In this document: one piece after another, positions 48,271-60,095 of the stretch
Layout of the letters: the number at the start of each line of letters is the position of its first letter
How positions within the stretch are numbered: the stretch's first letter is position 1
DNA from: Escherichia coli
GTDB lineage: Bacteria; Pseudomonadota; Gammaproteobacteria; Enterobacterales; Enterobacteriaceae
DNA length: 64,000 bases
NCBI RefSeq assembly: GCF_001677475.2
Contig: NZ_CP015229.1
Reading direction: 5' to 3' (one strand)
The notes under the pieces: model-generated
Database searches by the model: none
Seen by the model: the letters and a program-made list of their open reading frames with translations, nothing else
Told to the model about the DNA's origin: nothing
Translations under genes and position numbers: made by a program

Positions 48271-49188
48271 ATGGAATTAATTTTTTTAGGTACTTCAGCC
48301 GGTGTGCCAACCCGTACGCGCAATGTCACGGCAATATTGCTTAACCTGCAACATCCGACCCAGAGCGGACTTTGGTTGTTTGACTGCGGTGAAGGCACCC
48401 AGCATCAGCTACTGCATACCGCCTTTAACCCTGGAAAACTGGATAAGATTTTTATCAGCCACCTTCATGGCGATCATCTCTTTGGTTTACCCGGCTTGCT
48501 GTGCAGTCGTTCTATGTCAGGCATTATCCAACCCTTAACGATTTATGGTCCGCAAGGTATCCGTGAATTTGTGGAGACTGCGCTGCGGATTAGCGGCTCA
48601 TGGACCGATTATCCGCTGGAAATTGTCGAAATTGGCGCTGGCGAAATTCTCGATGATGGCCTGCGCAAAGTAACCGCTTATCCGCTGGAACACCCACTGG
48701 AATGTTATGGCTATCGTATTGAAGAACATGATAAACCGGGTGCATTAAATGCCCAGGCATTAAAAGCTGCTGGCGTGCCGCCTGGCCCACTGTTTCAGGC
48801 ATTAAAAGCGGGCAAAACAATCACGCTGGAAGATGGAAGGCAGATTAACGGCGCAGATTACTTAGCTGCTCCAGTGCCAGGTAAAGCGCTCGCTATTTTC
48901 GGCGATACCGGCCCCTGCGATGCCGCACTTGACCTGGCTAAAGGTGTCGATGTCATGGTGCACGAAGCGACGCTGGATATAACCATGGAAGCCAAAGCCA
49001 ATAGTCGCGGCCATAGCTCTACACGCCAGGCTGCGACACTGGCCCGTGAGGCTGGAGTCGGTAAGCTAATCATTACCCACGTCAGCTCGCGCTATGATGA
49101 CAAAGGTTGTCAGCACCTGTTACGTGAATGTCGGTCAATTTTCCCGGCGACTGAACTGGCGAATGATTTCACCGTGTTTAACGTTTAA
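48271..49188 (+). CDS. rbn: Ribonuclease BN / RNase Z (metallo-beta-lactamase fold)
   Basis: Start [18 protein letters not shown]; HLHGDH zinc-binding motif. Confidence 0.93.
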   Translation: MELIFLGTSAGVPTRTRNVTAILLNLQHPTQSGLWLFDCGEGTQHQLLHTAFNPGKLDKIFISHLHGDHLFGLPGLLCSRSMSGIIQPLTIYGPQGIREFVETALRISGSWTDYPLEIVEIGAGEILDDGLRKVTAYPLEHPLECYGYRIEEHDKPGALNAQALKAAGVPPGPLFQALKAGKTITLEDGRQINGADYLAAPVPGKALAIFGDTGPCDAALDLAKGVDVMVHEATLDITMEAKANSRGHSSTRQAATLAREAGVGKLIITHVSSRYDDKGCQHLLRECRSIFPATELANDFTVFNV

Positions 49189-49206
49189 CTCTGCTTACTA
49201 CTAAAA

Positions 49207-49230
49207 ACAGGGCGAAACTTGCCCTGTTAT
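49207..49230 (+). terminator. Hairpin after rbn
   Basis: acagggc-GAAACTT-gccctgt followed by TTAT. Confidence 0.45.
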
Positions 49231-49375
49231 CGCAACCCGCGCTACATATATCCACCCACACGGGAATATTGAGCGATTTTTGATATTTATTCATCTCCTC
49301 ACGCACTATATTCAGAGCAATAAGTTGCCTCTTTTTATCTTCATTCAGCACAACCTTTGCAACTAAAAGGAGCCT

Positions 49376-50599
49376 ATGATGGTTACAGTTGTCAGCAATT
49401 ATTGTCAATTATCTCAAACCCAACTCTGTCAGACATTTGCAGAAAGATTTACTGTGACCGAGGAATTACTGCAGTCTTTAAAAAAAACAGCGTTATCCGG
49501 AGATGAAGAAAGCATTGAGTTACTGCATAATATTGCGTTAGGTTATGATGAATTTGGAAAAAAAGCTGAAGATATTCTTTACCATATTGTTAGAACCCCA
49601 ACAAATGAAACCCTATCGATTATCCGACTTATCAAAAATGCCTGTTTAAAATTATATAATTTGGCACATGCCGCAACCAACTCCCCCCTTAAACCAGCTG
49701 GTCCGGACAATTCAGATGATCTCCTGTTCAAAAAGCTATTCTCCCCGTCAAAATTAATGACAATTATCGGTGATGAAATTCCTCTTATATCAGAAAAACA
49801 GTCGCTTTCAAAGGTACTTTTAAATGATAAGAATAATGAACTGAGCGATGGTACAAACTTCTGGGATAAAAATCGTCAATTAACCACGGATGAAATAGAT
49901 TGCTATCTTCAGAAGATCGCCGCTAATGCAAAAAATACTCAAGTCAATTATCCTACTGGTCTCTACCTCCCCGATTCCAACAGCACTTACCTGGAAATCG
50001 CTCTCAATGATAATATTAAGAGCGATCCATCATGGCCGAAAGCAGTCCAGTTATTCCCCATAAATACTGGCGGACACTGGATATTAGTTTCGCTACAAAA
50101 AATAGTTAATGAAAAAAATAACACACAACAAATAAAATGCGTCATATTCAACTCATTACGTGCACTAGGCCATGATAAAGAAAATTCACTTAAGCGTGTC
50201 ATTAATAGTTTCAATTCTAAATTCATGGGGGAAATGCCGAATAATGATAATATAACAGATCATTTAACTGAACCAGAGATAATATTTTTACATGCCGATC
50301 TTCAGCAATATTTAAGCCAAAGTTGCGGTGCATTTGTGTGCATGGCAGCCAAAGAAGTAATTGAACAAAGGGAAAGCAATTCTGACAGCGCCCCCTATAC
50401 GTTATTAAAAAACTATGCTGACAGATTTAAAAAATATTCAGCAGAAGAGCAGTACGAAATTGATTTTCAACATCGACAGGTAAACAGAAATTGTTATTTA
50501 GATAAATATGGCGATGCAAATATCAATGATTATTATAGAGACTTAGAAATAAAACACTCACAACCCCAAAACAGAGCATCAGGCAAAAGAGTAAGTTAA
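49376..50599 (+). CDS. elaD: Deubiquitinase-like cysteine protease ElaD (ULP/CE clan)
   Basis: AT-rich [22 protein letters not shown]... with catalytic region ...[10 protein letters not shown]... and downstream Cys. Confidence 0.85.
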   Translation: MMVTVVSNYCQLSQTQLCQTFAERFTVTEELLQSLKKTALSGDEESIELLHNIALGYDEFGKKAEDILYHIVRTPTNETLSIIRLIKNACLKLYNLAHAATNSPLKPAGPDNSDDLLFKKLFSPSKLMTIIGDEIPLISEKQSLSKVLLNDKNNELSDGTNFWDKNRQLTTDEIDCYLQKIAANAKNTQVNYPTGLYLPDSNSTYLEIALNDNIKSDPSWPKAVQLFPINTGGHWILVSLQKIVNEKNNTQQIKCVIFNSLRALGHDKENSLKRVINSFNSKFMGEMPNNDNITDHLTEPEIIFLHADLQQYLSQSCGAFVCMAAKEVIEQRESNSDSAPYTLLKNYADRFKKYSAEEQYEIDFQHRQVNRNCYLDKYGDANINDYYRDLEIKHSQPQNRASGKRVS

Positions 50600-50616
50600 C
50601 ATCATTGTTAGTCAAT

Positions 50617-50648
50617 TCGACCAGTCAGCAAATATGCTGACTGGTCGA
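50617..50648. repeat. Perfect inverted repeat (13-bp arms) downstream of elaD
   Basis: tcgaccagtcagc-AAATAT-gctgactggtcga; no adjacent T-run. Confidence 0.5.
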
Positions 50649-50988
50649 ACATAGTTTGCTAAAAAGTCATCACTGACTGATGCCAGTCACACCATCCGCC
50701 AGTTCAATCTGCGGGTATTTCCAGCGTATCGCGGCACGCGATTGCTGGTCTGTTGATGTAGTGGATTGTTGTTGCTGACTTTTCTTACCCTCAGATTTCT
50801 GCACCCTGTCAATTCAATCTACCAATATATAACATAATTATTTTTTATTTCTCATATGAATTCCTTTTTAAAATAGCGAAGTCACTGAAAAAATATTTTT
50901 TGTATATTCCTACCAACCGTAATAAAATAAACGTTCATAACTCATTATAAATAATAATGAAATAACGCCTTTTATTAATAATTTACAT

Positions 50989-51960
50989 ATGAAAAAAATA
51001 ACACCTCTTTGTTTTATATCATTACTACTATCACTTCCTTTTATTATTTTTTACCAACCCTGGGTCAATGCATTACCGCCAACGCCCCGACACGCAAGTC
51101 CTGAGCAATTAGAAAAAACAGTTCGTTATCTTACACAAACTGTGCATCCCCGTAGTGCCGACAATATTGATAATCTGAAAAGGTCCGCAGAGTATATAAA
51201 AGAGGTCTTTGTCAGTAGCGGTGCCAGAGTTACCGCGCAGGACGTCCCCATTACGGGTGGCCCCTACAAAAACATTGTTGCTGATTATGGTCCTGCCGAT
51301 GGACCGCTGATTATTATTGGTGCGCACTATGACTCTGTCAGTAGTTATGAAAATGATCAATTGACCTATACGCCGGGCGCGGATGATAACGCCAGCGGCG
51401 TGGCAGGATTACTCGAACTGGCACGTTTGTTACAGCAGCAAGCACCGAAAACTGGCGTGCAGCTGGTCGCCTATGCGTCGGAAGAACCGCCCTTCTTTCG
51501 TAGCGATGAAATGGGGAGCGCGGTACATGCAGCTTCGCTTGAGCGTCCAGTGAGATTAATGATAGCGCTGGAGATGATTGGCTATTACGACTCTGCGCCT
51601 GGTAGTCAGGATTACCCTTACCCGGCAATGTCCTGGCTTTATCCCGATCGGGGAGACTTTATTGCCGTGGTCGGCAGAATGCAGGATATCAACGCCGTTC
51701 GTCAGGTAAAAACGGCATTGTTGTCATCCCGGGATTTATCTGTTTATTCTATGAATGCCCCTGGGTTTATTCCCGGTATTGATTTCTCTGATCACCTTAA
51801 TTATTGGCAACACGATATTCCCGCCGTAATGATTACCGACACCGCTTTTTATCGTAATAAACAATACCACTTGCCCGGTGATACCGCAGACAGATTGAAT
51901 TATCAGAAAATGGCTCAGGTAGTGGATGGGGTTATAACTTTGTTATACAACAGTAAATAA
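50989..51960 (+). CDS. yfbL: Secreted M28-family aminopeptidase-like protein
   Basis: 323 aa, signal peptide, GAHYDS and DDNASGVA metal-ligand motifs. Confidence 0.8.
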   Translation: MKKITPLCFISLLLSLPFIIFYQPWVNALPPTPRHASPEQLEKTVRYLTQTVHPRSADNIDNLKRSAEYIKEVFVSSGARVTAQDVPITGGPYKNIVADYGPADGPLIIIGAHYDSVSSYENDQLTYTPGADDNASGVAGLLELARLLQQQAPKTGVQLVAYASEEPPFFRSDEMGSAVHAASLERPVRLMIALEMIGYYDSAPGSQDYPYPAMSWLYPDRGDFIAVVGRMQDINAVRQVKTALLSSRDLSVYSMNAPGFIPGIDFSDHLNYWQHDIPAVMITDTAFYRNKQYHLPGDTADRLNYQKMAQVVDGVITLLYNSK

Positions 51961-52062
51961 TAAAAATTTCTCGAGGCGGGTCCAGAAAAAGCGACATGTA
52001 CATTTTATTTTCCCTCGTCTGTTTTAAGATGCGAAACATGAAATTCAACGGAGGAAAATAAA

Positions 52063-52566
52063 ATGGGAATGATTGGCTATTTTGCAGAAATTGACTCAGA
52101 AAAGATTAACCAACTGCTTGAGTCTACTGAAAAACCCTTAATGGACAATATTCATGACACGCTTTCAGGATTACGCCGACTGGATATTGATAAACGCTGG
52201 GATTTTTTACATTTTGGCCTGACAGGCACCTCTGCTTTTGATCCCGCGAAGAATGATCCGCTGAGTCGTGCCGTGCTTGGTGAACACAGCCTCGAAGATG
52301 GCATAGATGGCTTCCTGGGATTGACCTGGAATCAGGAGTTAGCCGCGACAATCGATCGCCTGGAATCACTGGATCGAAGTGAGCTGCGTAAACAGTTTTC
52401 CATTAAACGACTCAATGAAATGGAGATTTACCCTGGTGTGACCTTTTCAGAAGAGTTAGAGGGGCAGCTCTTTGCTTCGATCATGCTTGATATGGAAAAG
52501 CTGATTAGTGCATATCGACGTATGCTGCGACAAGGGAATCATGCGCTGACGGTTATTGTTGGGTGA
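52063..52566 (+). CDS. yfbM: DUF1877-family protein YfbM
   Basis: 167-aa ORF MGMIGYFAEIDSEKINQLLESTEKPLMDNIHDTL... Confidence 0.8.
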   Translation: MGMIGYFAEIDSEKINQLLESTEKPLMDNIHDTLSGLRRLDIDKRWDFLHFGLTGTSAFDPAKNDPLSRAVLGEHSLEDGIDGFLGLTWNQELAATIDRLESLDRSELRKQFSIKRLNEMEIYPGVTFSEELEGQLFASIMLDMEKLISAYRRMLRQGNHALTVIVG

Positions 52567-52583
52567 TGGGGTCAGGGCACCAT

Positions 52584-52616
52584 AAAAAAACCGCCGAACA
52601 TGTCGGCGGCTTTCTG
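52584..52616. terminator. Bidirectional intrinsic terminator (nuo operon end / yfbM)
   Basis: aaaaaaa-ccgccga-ACATG-tcggcgg-ctttctg; on the minus strand the hairpin is followed by a T7 run directly after the nuoN stop. Confidence 0.65.
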
Positions 52617-52633
52617 ACTTACAAACTGACTGC

Positions 52634-54091
52634 TTACATCAGCGGCATTGCCAACCGCACAATGCTAATCAGCGGTTGCGGCCATACACCCAGCACCAGT
52701 ACCAACAGTGCAGAGATCAGCACCACGATACCGCCCGCGCTGTACTGCCAGTTTGACGGTGCATCGCGACCCGGTTGTTCCGGTGCGTGCAGGTACAGGC
52801 TCACCGCCACGCGCAGGTAGTAGTAGAGGCCGATTGCCGAACCGACAACCACGGCACCCACCAGCCACCACAAGTGTGCCTGGACACCGACCGCCAGCAC
52901 GTAGAACTTACCGATAAAGCCCAGCGTCATCGGGATACCGGCCAGAGACAGCATCATCACCGTCATCACTGCCGCGAGGATCGGACGATGCCAGAACAGA
53001 CCGCGGTAAGAGAACAGGGAATCAGCATCTGGGCCACGATACGGGCTGGACATCAGGCTGACCACGCCGAATGCGCCGAGGCTGCTGAACAGATAACCGG
53101 CCAGGTAAACCCCTACCGCTTCCATCGACATCTCGCCGGTTTGCAGCGCAATCAGCGCCACCAGCAGATAGCCGAGGTGAGAGATAGACGAGTAACCGAG
53201 CAGACGTTTGATGTTGGTCTGGCTCAGCGCCATCAGGTTACCGAAGATGATAGAGGCAAAGGCGATAATCGCCAGCACCACGCGAATCGCTTCGCTGTCA
53301 CCCACCGGTGCGTAGAGGAACAGACGCATCACCACACCGAAGATAGCGATTTTGCTCGCCGTCGCCAGGAAAGTGGAAACCGGCGCAGGCGCGCCCTGGT
53401 ATACGTCTGGCGTCCACAGGTGGAACGGCACCAGAGAGAGTTTGAAGCCGAGGCCAACAATCATCAGGCCGAAACCTGCCAGCAACAGCGGCTCGTTGAG
53501 CATACCGTCGCCGAGGTTTTTACCCAACGCGACAAACGACAGGTCGCCAGACTGCGCATACACCAGCGCCATACCAAACAGCAGGAAAGAAGACGCTGCG
53601 GCAGAGAGAATGGTGTATTTGATACTGGCTTCCAGCGAACGTTTCTGGCGGAAAGCGTAACCGACCAGGCCAAACAGCGGCAAAGAGATCAGTTCGATAC
53701 CGAGGAACAGAGACGCCAGATGGTTGGCATTCGCCAGCAGGATCCCGCCCAGGGCGGCAATTAACACCAACAGGTAGAACTCGTCCTTGTTGTCGTTATA
53801 GCCTTCAAGCCACGGGTAGGCGAAAGTACAGGTGGCGAGGCTCGCCAACAATACCAGCCCGGTGTAAAGCATGGCGAAACCATCAACGCGCATCAGTGGC
53901 GTAACGTCCATAGCGCCCGCCTGGCCGACAAACCAGAGCGAAACCAGCGCCGCGTTAAGCCCAATAACCGAGAGCGTAGCGTTGAGGAAATGATTGCGTC
54001 GCCACGCAATGGAGAGCATCACAACCACCACCGTCAAGCCGACGATCAGCAACGGTAGCAGTGCGATCAGGTTTTGTGGAGTTATTGTCAT
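52634..54091 (-). CDS. nuoN: NADH:quinone oxidoreductase subunit N
   Basis: 485-aa polytopic antiporter-like subunit. Confidence 0.95.
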
Positions 54092-54097
54092 GGCGAT

Positions 54098-55627
54098 TTA
54101 CGGCCTTGTAGTAGTAACGGAATTAACAAACCACTGCTGGATATTGCCAATCGCGGAATGCGAGGTATCCAGAATCGGCTGCGGATAGAAGCCCAGCAGT
54201 ACCAGCAGCACCACCAGCAACAGGATCATAAACAGCTCACGCAGCGACATCCCTGGCAGTTCCTGGCTGGCAATCTGGCTTTTCGCTTTACCGAAGTAAG
54301 CGCGATGCAACATCGCCAGCGAATAAACAGATGCAAAGACCAGCCCAAAGGTAGAGATAACGGTAATCACCGGGACAACCTGGAAGCTGCCGAACAGAAT
54401 CATAAATTCGCCGACGAAGTTACCGGTACCAGGCATCCCAAGCGTTGCCACCGCAAAGAACAGTGACAGTGCTGGCAGCCATTTCATCTTGCTCCACAGA
54501 CCGCCCATCATGCGCATGTCGCGGGTATGGATACGTTCATAAAGCTGACCGCAGAGAATAAACAGACCCGCCGCCGACAAGCCGTGCGCAATCATCTGGA
54601 TTACCGCGCCCTGGTAGGCCAACTGGCTGCCGGTATAGATAGCAATCAGCACGAAGCCCATGTGGGAAACCGAGGTGTAGGCGATCAGACGTTTGATATC
54701 GGTCTGGGCGAAGGCCATCCACGCACCGTAGAAGATGCCGATAACACCCAGCCACATGGCGATTGGCGCGAACTCTGCCGACGCGTTCGGGAACAGCGGC
54801 AGTGAGAAACGCAGCAGACCGTAAGCAGCGGTTTTCAGCAAGATCCCCGCGAGGTCCACGGAACCGGCGGTCGGAGCCTGGGAGTGCGCATCCGGTAGCC
54901 AACCATGCAGCGGCACCACTGGCATTTTGACCGCGAAGGCGATGAAGAAGCCCAGCATCAACAGATATTCCACACCACTGGACATTGGCGTATTCAACAG
55001 CTCTTCATAGTTGAAGGTCCAGACGCCGGTCGCATTGTAGTGAACAAAAACCAGCGCCAGGATGGCGATCAACATCACCAGACCACTCGCCTGGGTGTAA
55101 ATGAAGAACTTGGTTGCCGCCGTGATACGCGTTTTACCGTCAGAGGCTTTATGCCCCCACAGTGCGATCAGGAAGTACATCGGCACCAGCATCATTTCCC
55201 AGAAGAAGAAGAACAGGAACATGTCGATGGCAAGGAACACGCCGATAACACCGCCCAGGATCCACATCAGGTTGAGGTGGAAGAAGCCCTGATATTTTTC
55301 GATCTCTTTCCACGAACAGAGTACCGCCAGCACACCGAGCAGACCGGTCAGCACGACCATCAGCAACGACAGCCCGTCAATGGCGAGATGAATAGAGATA
55401 CCAAAACGCGGGATCCACGGCATGTCGAATTCAGACTGCCACTGCGGGATTCCGGCGGATTGCGTCAGTGAATAACCGCCCTGCAACCACAGTTGCAGCG
55501 ACAGCGCCAGCGTCAATCCCATGGTGATCAGCGCGATCCAGCGCGGCACCTTGACGCCAAAGCGTTCGGTCTGCCAGCACAGGAAGCCGCCAATAAAGGG
55601 GATTAGTATTAACCAGGGTAATAACAT
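54098..55627 (-). CDS. nuoM: NADH:quinone oxidoreductase subunit M
   Basis: 509-aa antiporter-like subunit. Confidence 0.95.
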   Translation of the reverse strand: MLLPWLILIPFIGGFLCWQTERFGVKVPRWIALITMGLTLALSLQLWLQGGYSLTQSAGIPQWQSEFDMPWIPRFGISIHLAIDGLSLLMVVLTGLLGVLAVLCSWKEIEKYQGFFHLNLMWILGGVIGVFLAIDMFLFFFFWEMMLVPMYFLIALWGHKASDGKTRITAATKFFIYTQASGLVMLIAILALVFVHYNATGVWTFNYEELLNTPMSSGVEYLLMLGFFIAFAVKMPVVPLHGWLPDAHSQAPTAGSVDLAGILLKTAAYGLLRFSLPLFPNASAEFAPIAMWLGVIGIFYGAWMAFAQTDIKRLIAYTSVSHMGFVLIAIYTGSQLAYQGAVIQMIAHGLSAAGLFILCGQLYERIHTRDMRMMGGLWSKMKWLPALSLFFAVATLGMPGTGNFVGEFMILFGSFQVVPVITVISTFGLVFASVYSLAMLHRAYFGKAKSQIASQELPGMSLRELFMILLLVVLLVLLGFYPQPILDTSHSAIGNIQQWFVNSVTTTRP

Positions 55628-55857
55628 AGCTAAGTATGTCCCTTATATTTACTCCTGCTCAGGCTATCTCACTCGCCAGCCCGAATCCCGGCAGTGCTCG
55701 CAATCCTCACGTACTTAAGTACGCTCCGGTTGCTGTGCGCTGGCGGTATCCGGTCTGACTTCGCCGATGACGCCTGTACTTCAGGAACAGTTACCTAAAA
55801 TTTATTCTTAGTTCACAGACCCGGCGCAACGCCGGGTATATTCACTCAGCCAACAAC

Positions 55858-57699
55858 TCAACGCAGTACCATCAACAGTGCCAGCACCACGACCGCACCG
55901 ATGCTCATGGATGCCACATACCAGCGCAGATAACCGTTCTCGCTTAACAGCAGACCTTTACCTGCAAAGCGGGAAAGGACAGCCGGGATGTTCATCATTG
56001 AGTTCAGCGGATCGCGTTTCAGCAACCAGGCAATACCCAGGAACGACTTGACGAACACTTTGTCATACAGCCAGTCAAATCCCCAGGCGTTGTACCACCA
56101 GGTGCCCAGCAGACGGCCCGGCGCACTGTTGGCGATGGAAGTCACCAGAGTACGTTTACCCAGCCACAGCCAGGCTGCCAGCAGAATGCCGACCACCGCG
56201 ACCACGCCAGAGGTAATTTCCAGGGTCAACATGCTGCCGTGCGCCAGCTCCGTCGTTTGCGGGAGCACGCCCTGCAGCGGCGGTACAATCAGTGCGCCAA
56301 CGAAGGTGGAAAGGATCAGCAGCACAATCAGCGGCAGGCTGTGAGTTATCCCTTTCACGGCGTGAGCGTGAATTTGTTCTTTTCCGTGGAAGACGATGAA
56401 AATCATACGGAAGGTGTAAAGCGAGGTCATAAACGCACCGACCAGACCTGCCACCATCAGATTGATATGACCATTCGCCATCGCACCCGCGAGGATCTCA
56501 TCCTTACTGAAGAAGCCCGCAGTGACCAGCGGCAGTGCCGACAGTGCTGCGCCACCCACCAGGAAGCAGAGATAAACCAGCGGAATAGATTTACGCAGAC
56601 CGCCCATCTTGAAGATGTTCTGTTCGTGATGGCAGGCCAGAATGACGGAACCGGATGCCAGGAACAGCAGCGCTTTAAAGAACGCGTGAGTCATCAAGTG
56701 GAAAATCGCCGCATCCCATGCCTGCACGCCAAGCGCGAGGAACATGTAGCCAATCTGGCTCATGGTAGAGTAAGCGAGAACACGTTTGATATCAGTCTGT
56801 ACCAGCGCGGCAAAACCGGCCAGCAGCAGCGTAACCGCCCCGACAATGCCCACCAGATGCAGAACTTCCGGGGTCATCAGGAACAGGCCGTGGGTACGGG
56901 CGATCAGGTAGACACCTGCGGTTACCATCGTTGCGGCGTGGATCAGCGCGGAGACAGGCGTCGGGCCCGCCATCGCGTCGGCAAGCCATGTCTGCAACGG
57001 CAACTGCGCAGATTTACCGACCGCACCGCCCAGCAGCATCAGCGTCGCCCACATCAGCATGTTATTGCCGTCAGCAAAGTGCGCTGGTGCCAGTTCCACC
57101 ATTTCGCGGAAGTTCAGGGTGCCCAGTTCGTTGTAAAGAATGAACAGCGCGAAAGCGAGGAAGACGTCACCCACACGGGTCACGACGAACGCTTTCATTG
57201 CCGCTGCGCCATTCTTCGGATCGGTGTAATAGAAACCGATCAGCAGATAGGAGCACAGGCCCACGCCTTCCCAGCCGAGGTACATCAACAGCAGGTTATC
57301 GGCAAGCACCAGAACTACCATGCTGGCGATGAACAGGTTGGTGTAAGCGAAGAAGCGAGAGTAGCCCTCTTCACCGCGCATATACCAGGAGGCGTACATG
57401 TGAATAAGGAAACCCACACCAGTGACCACCGAGAGCATGGTCAGCGACAGGCCGTCCAGCACCAGGTTAAAACCGATGTTAAAGTCGCCTACCGACATCC
57501 ACGTCCACAGCGGCTGGCTATATGCCTGCTCACCGTTAGCGAAGAAGTCAACGCCGATAAAGGCGGTTACCAGCGCCGCCAGGCCCACAGAGCCAACGCC
57601 GACGATCGCTGAGACGTTTTCAGACCAGCGCCCACGGGAGAACGCCAGCAGGACGAAGCCAATCAATGGCAAAATAATGGTTAAGGCAAGCATGTTCAT
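55858..57699 (-). CDS. nuoL: NADH:quinone oxidoreductase subunit L
   Basis: 613-aa antiporter-like subunit with long C-terminal extension. Confidence 0.95.
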
Positions 57700-57998
57700 C
57701 CGCGCATCTCACTTACTGAATCGATGTTCAGGTTCTGGCGACGACGGTGAAGTTGCAGCAGCAGCGCAAGGCCGATACTTGCTTCTGCCGCCGCGAGGCT
57801 GATGGCGAGAATGTACATCACCTGACCGTCGGTCTGGCCCCAGTAGCTTCCGGCGACCACAAAGGCCAGCGCGGAGGCGTTAATCATGATTTCCAGACCA
57901 ATCAGCATAAACAGCAGATTGCGACGGATAACCAGACCGGTTAAGCCAAGAACGAATAAGATTGCCGCGAGGATCAGTCCATGTTGTAAGGGGATCAT
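57696..57998 (-). CDS. nuoK: NADH:quinone oxidoreductase subunit K
   Basis: 100-aa three-TM subunit. Confidence 0.95.
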
Positions 57999-58549
57999 GC
58001 GTGCTCCTCCGTTTTTCTTTTCGCGCTGTCGTCTTTACGATTGCTCAGCACTTCACCCGCTCGCTCTTCACGACCAACGTGGAAGGCCACAACCAGACCC
58101 GCGAGCAGCAGCATAGAAGCCAGTTCCACCGCCAGTACGTAAGGCCCGAACAGCGTAATACCCACTGCTTTAGCACTGATTGGCGTACCGTCGATACCCT
58201 GATCGTTAACACCGAGAATGGCGTAAACAATCACCACCAGCATGATGGCCGACAAAATTGCCGGACCAATCCACACCTGCGGTTTCAGCCACTGGCGTTC
58301 CTGTTCAATTTCTGAACCGCCCAGGTTGAGCATCATCACCACGAACACGAACAGCACCATAATGGCACCCGCGTAGACGATAATTTCCAGCGCACCGGCG
58401 AAGTAAGCGCCCAGTGAGAAGAACACCCCAGAGATCGCCAGCAGCGAAATAATCAGGTACAGCAGTGCGTGTACCGGATTGGTATGGGTGATCACTCGCA
58501 AGGTCGCAAGTATGGCTATCAGGCCACAGATATAAAAAGCGAACTCCAT
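57995..58549 (-). CDS. nuoJ: NADH:quinone oxidoreductase subunit J
   Basis: 184-aa membrane subunit. Confidence 0.95.
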
Positions 58550-58560
58550 TGCCCCTCTCC

Positions 58561-59103
58561 TTACGGTAACAGGCTCTTGACGTCGATAGGCTTGGCTTCG
58601 TTCTCTGCTTCGCCCTTATCTTTGCCGTCGATTGCCATACCTGCCATCCGGTAGAAGTTATATTCCGGGTATTTGCCCGGACCGGAGATCAGCAGATCCT
58701 CTTTCTCGTAAACCAGATCCTGGCGCTTGTATTCCCCCATTTCGAAATCCGGGGTTAACTGAATCGCCGTGGTCGGACAGGCTTCTTCGCACAGACCACA
58801 GAAAATGCAGCGTGAGAAGTTGATGCGGAAAAATTCCGGATACCAGCGACCGTCTTTGGTTTCTGCTTTTTGCAGCGAGATACAGCCGACCGGGCAGGCT
58901 ACCGCGCAGAGGTTACAGGCTACGCAACGCTCTTCGCCGTCCGGATCGCGGGTCAGAACGATACGACCACGATAACGGGGCGGCAGATAGACCGGCTCTT
59001 CCGGGTACATTCGCGTTTCGCGTTTGGCGAACGCGTGCAGGCCGATCATCCAGATACTACGAACCTGGGTGCCGAAACCTACTAACAATTCTTTTAAGGT
59101 CAT
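58561..59103 (-). CDS. nuoI: NADH:quinone oxidoreductase subunit I (2x[4Fe-4S])
   Basis: 180 aa with two CxxCxxCxxxCP motifs. Confidence 0.95.
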
Positions 59104-59117
59104 GGTCTTATTGCCCC

Positions 59118-60095
59118 TTATTGCGCCTGCCAGAGAATGACAGCCGCCGTTACCAGCAAGTTGATCAGCGTCAGCGGCAGGCAGATTTTCCAGCCGAAGG
59201 ACATTACCTGGTCATAACGCGGACGCGGTAACGACGCACGAATCAAAATGAACATCATCATAAAGAACGCGGTTTTCAGCGCGAACCAGATGAATGGCGG
59301 TAACAACGGGCCTTGCCAGCCACCGAAGAACAGCGTCACCATCAGTGCAGAGATGGTCACAATCCCGATGTACTCACCCACGAAGAACAGACCGAACTTC
59401 ATGCCGGAATATTCAATGTGGTAACCATCCGCCAGTTCCTGCTCGGCTTCCGGCTGGTCAAACGGGTGACGGTGACACACCGCCACGCCCGCGATGGCAA
59501 AGGTAATAAAACCAAAGAATTGCGGGATGACGTTCCACACATGCGCCTGGCTGTTGACGATGTCGGTCATGTTGAATGAACCGGCCTGCGCCACCACGCC
59601 CATCAGGGAAAGCCCGAGGAACACTTCGTAGCTCAGAGTCTGCGCAGAAGCACGCATCGCCCCCAGCAACGAGTATTTGTTGTTACTTGACCAGCCCGCA
59701 AACAGCACCGCGTAGACCGCCAGACCGGCCATCATCAGGAAGAACAAAATCCCGATGTTCAGGTCGGCAACCACCCAACCTGGGCTGACTGGCACAATCG
59801 CAAAGGCCAGCAGCAGCGAGGTAAAGGCAATCATCGGTGCCAGGGTAAAGATGACGCGATCCGAGAATTTCGGGATCCAGTCTTCTTTGAAGAACATCTT
59901 GATCATGTCCGCGACCAGCTGGAGCGAACCGCCCCAGCCAACACGGTTAGGTCCGTAACGGTTCTGGAACAGACCCAGCAGGCGACGTTCGCCAAAGCTC
60001 ATGAATGCCCCACAGGTGACAACCACCAGCAGGATCACCACCGCTTTGAGGATGGTCAGCAGGATCTCAATCAGTTCCGGTGATATCCAACTCAT
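59118..60095 (-). CDS. nuoH: NADH:quinone oxidoreductase subunit H
   Basis: 325-aa membrane subunit. Confidence 0.95.

Noticed and set aside
56239-57612. 457-aa plus-strand ORF inside nuoL (and similar long antisense ORFs in nuoG at 60368-61450 and 61769-62536, nuoM/nuoN at 52775-53764, menB/menC at 42484-43647)
   Set aside because: Antisense to recognised core genes; Arg/His/Gln-rich low-complexity translations characteristic of GC-rich shadow frames.
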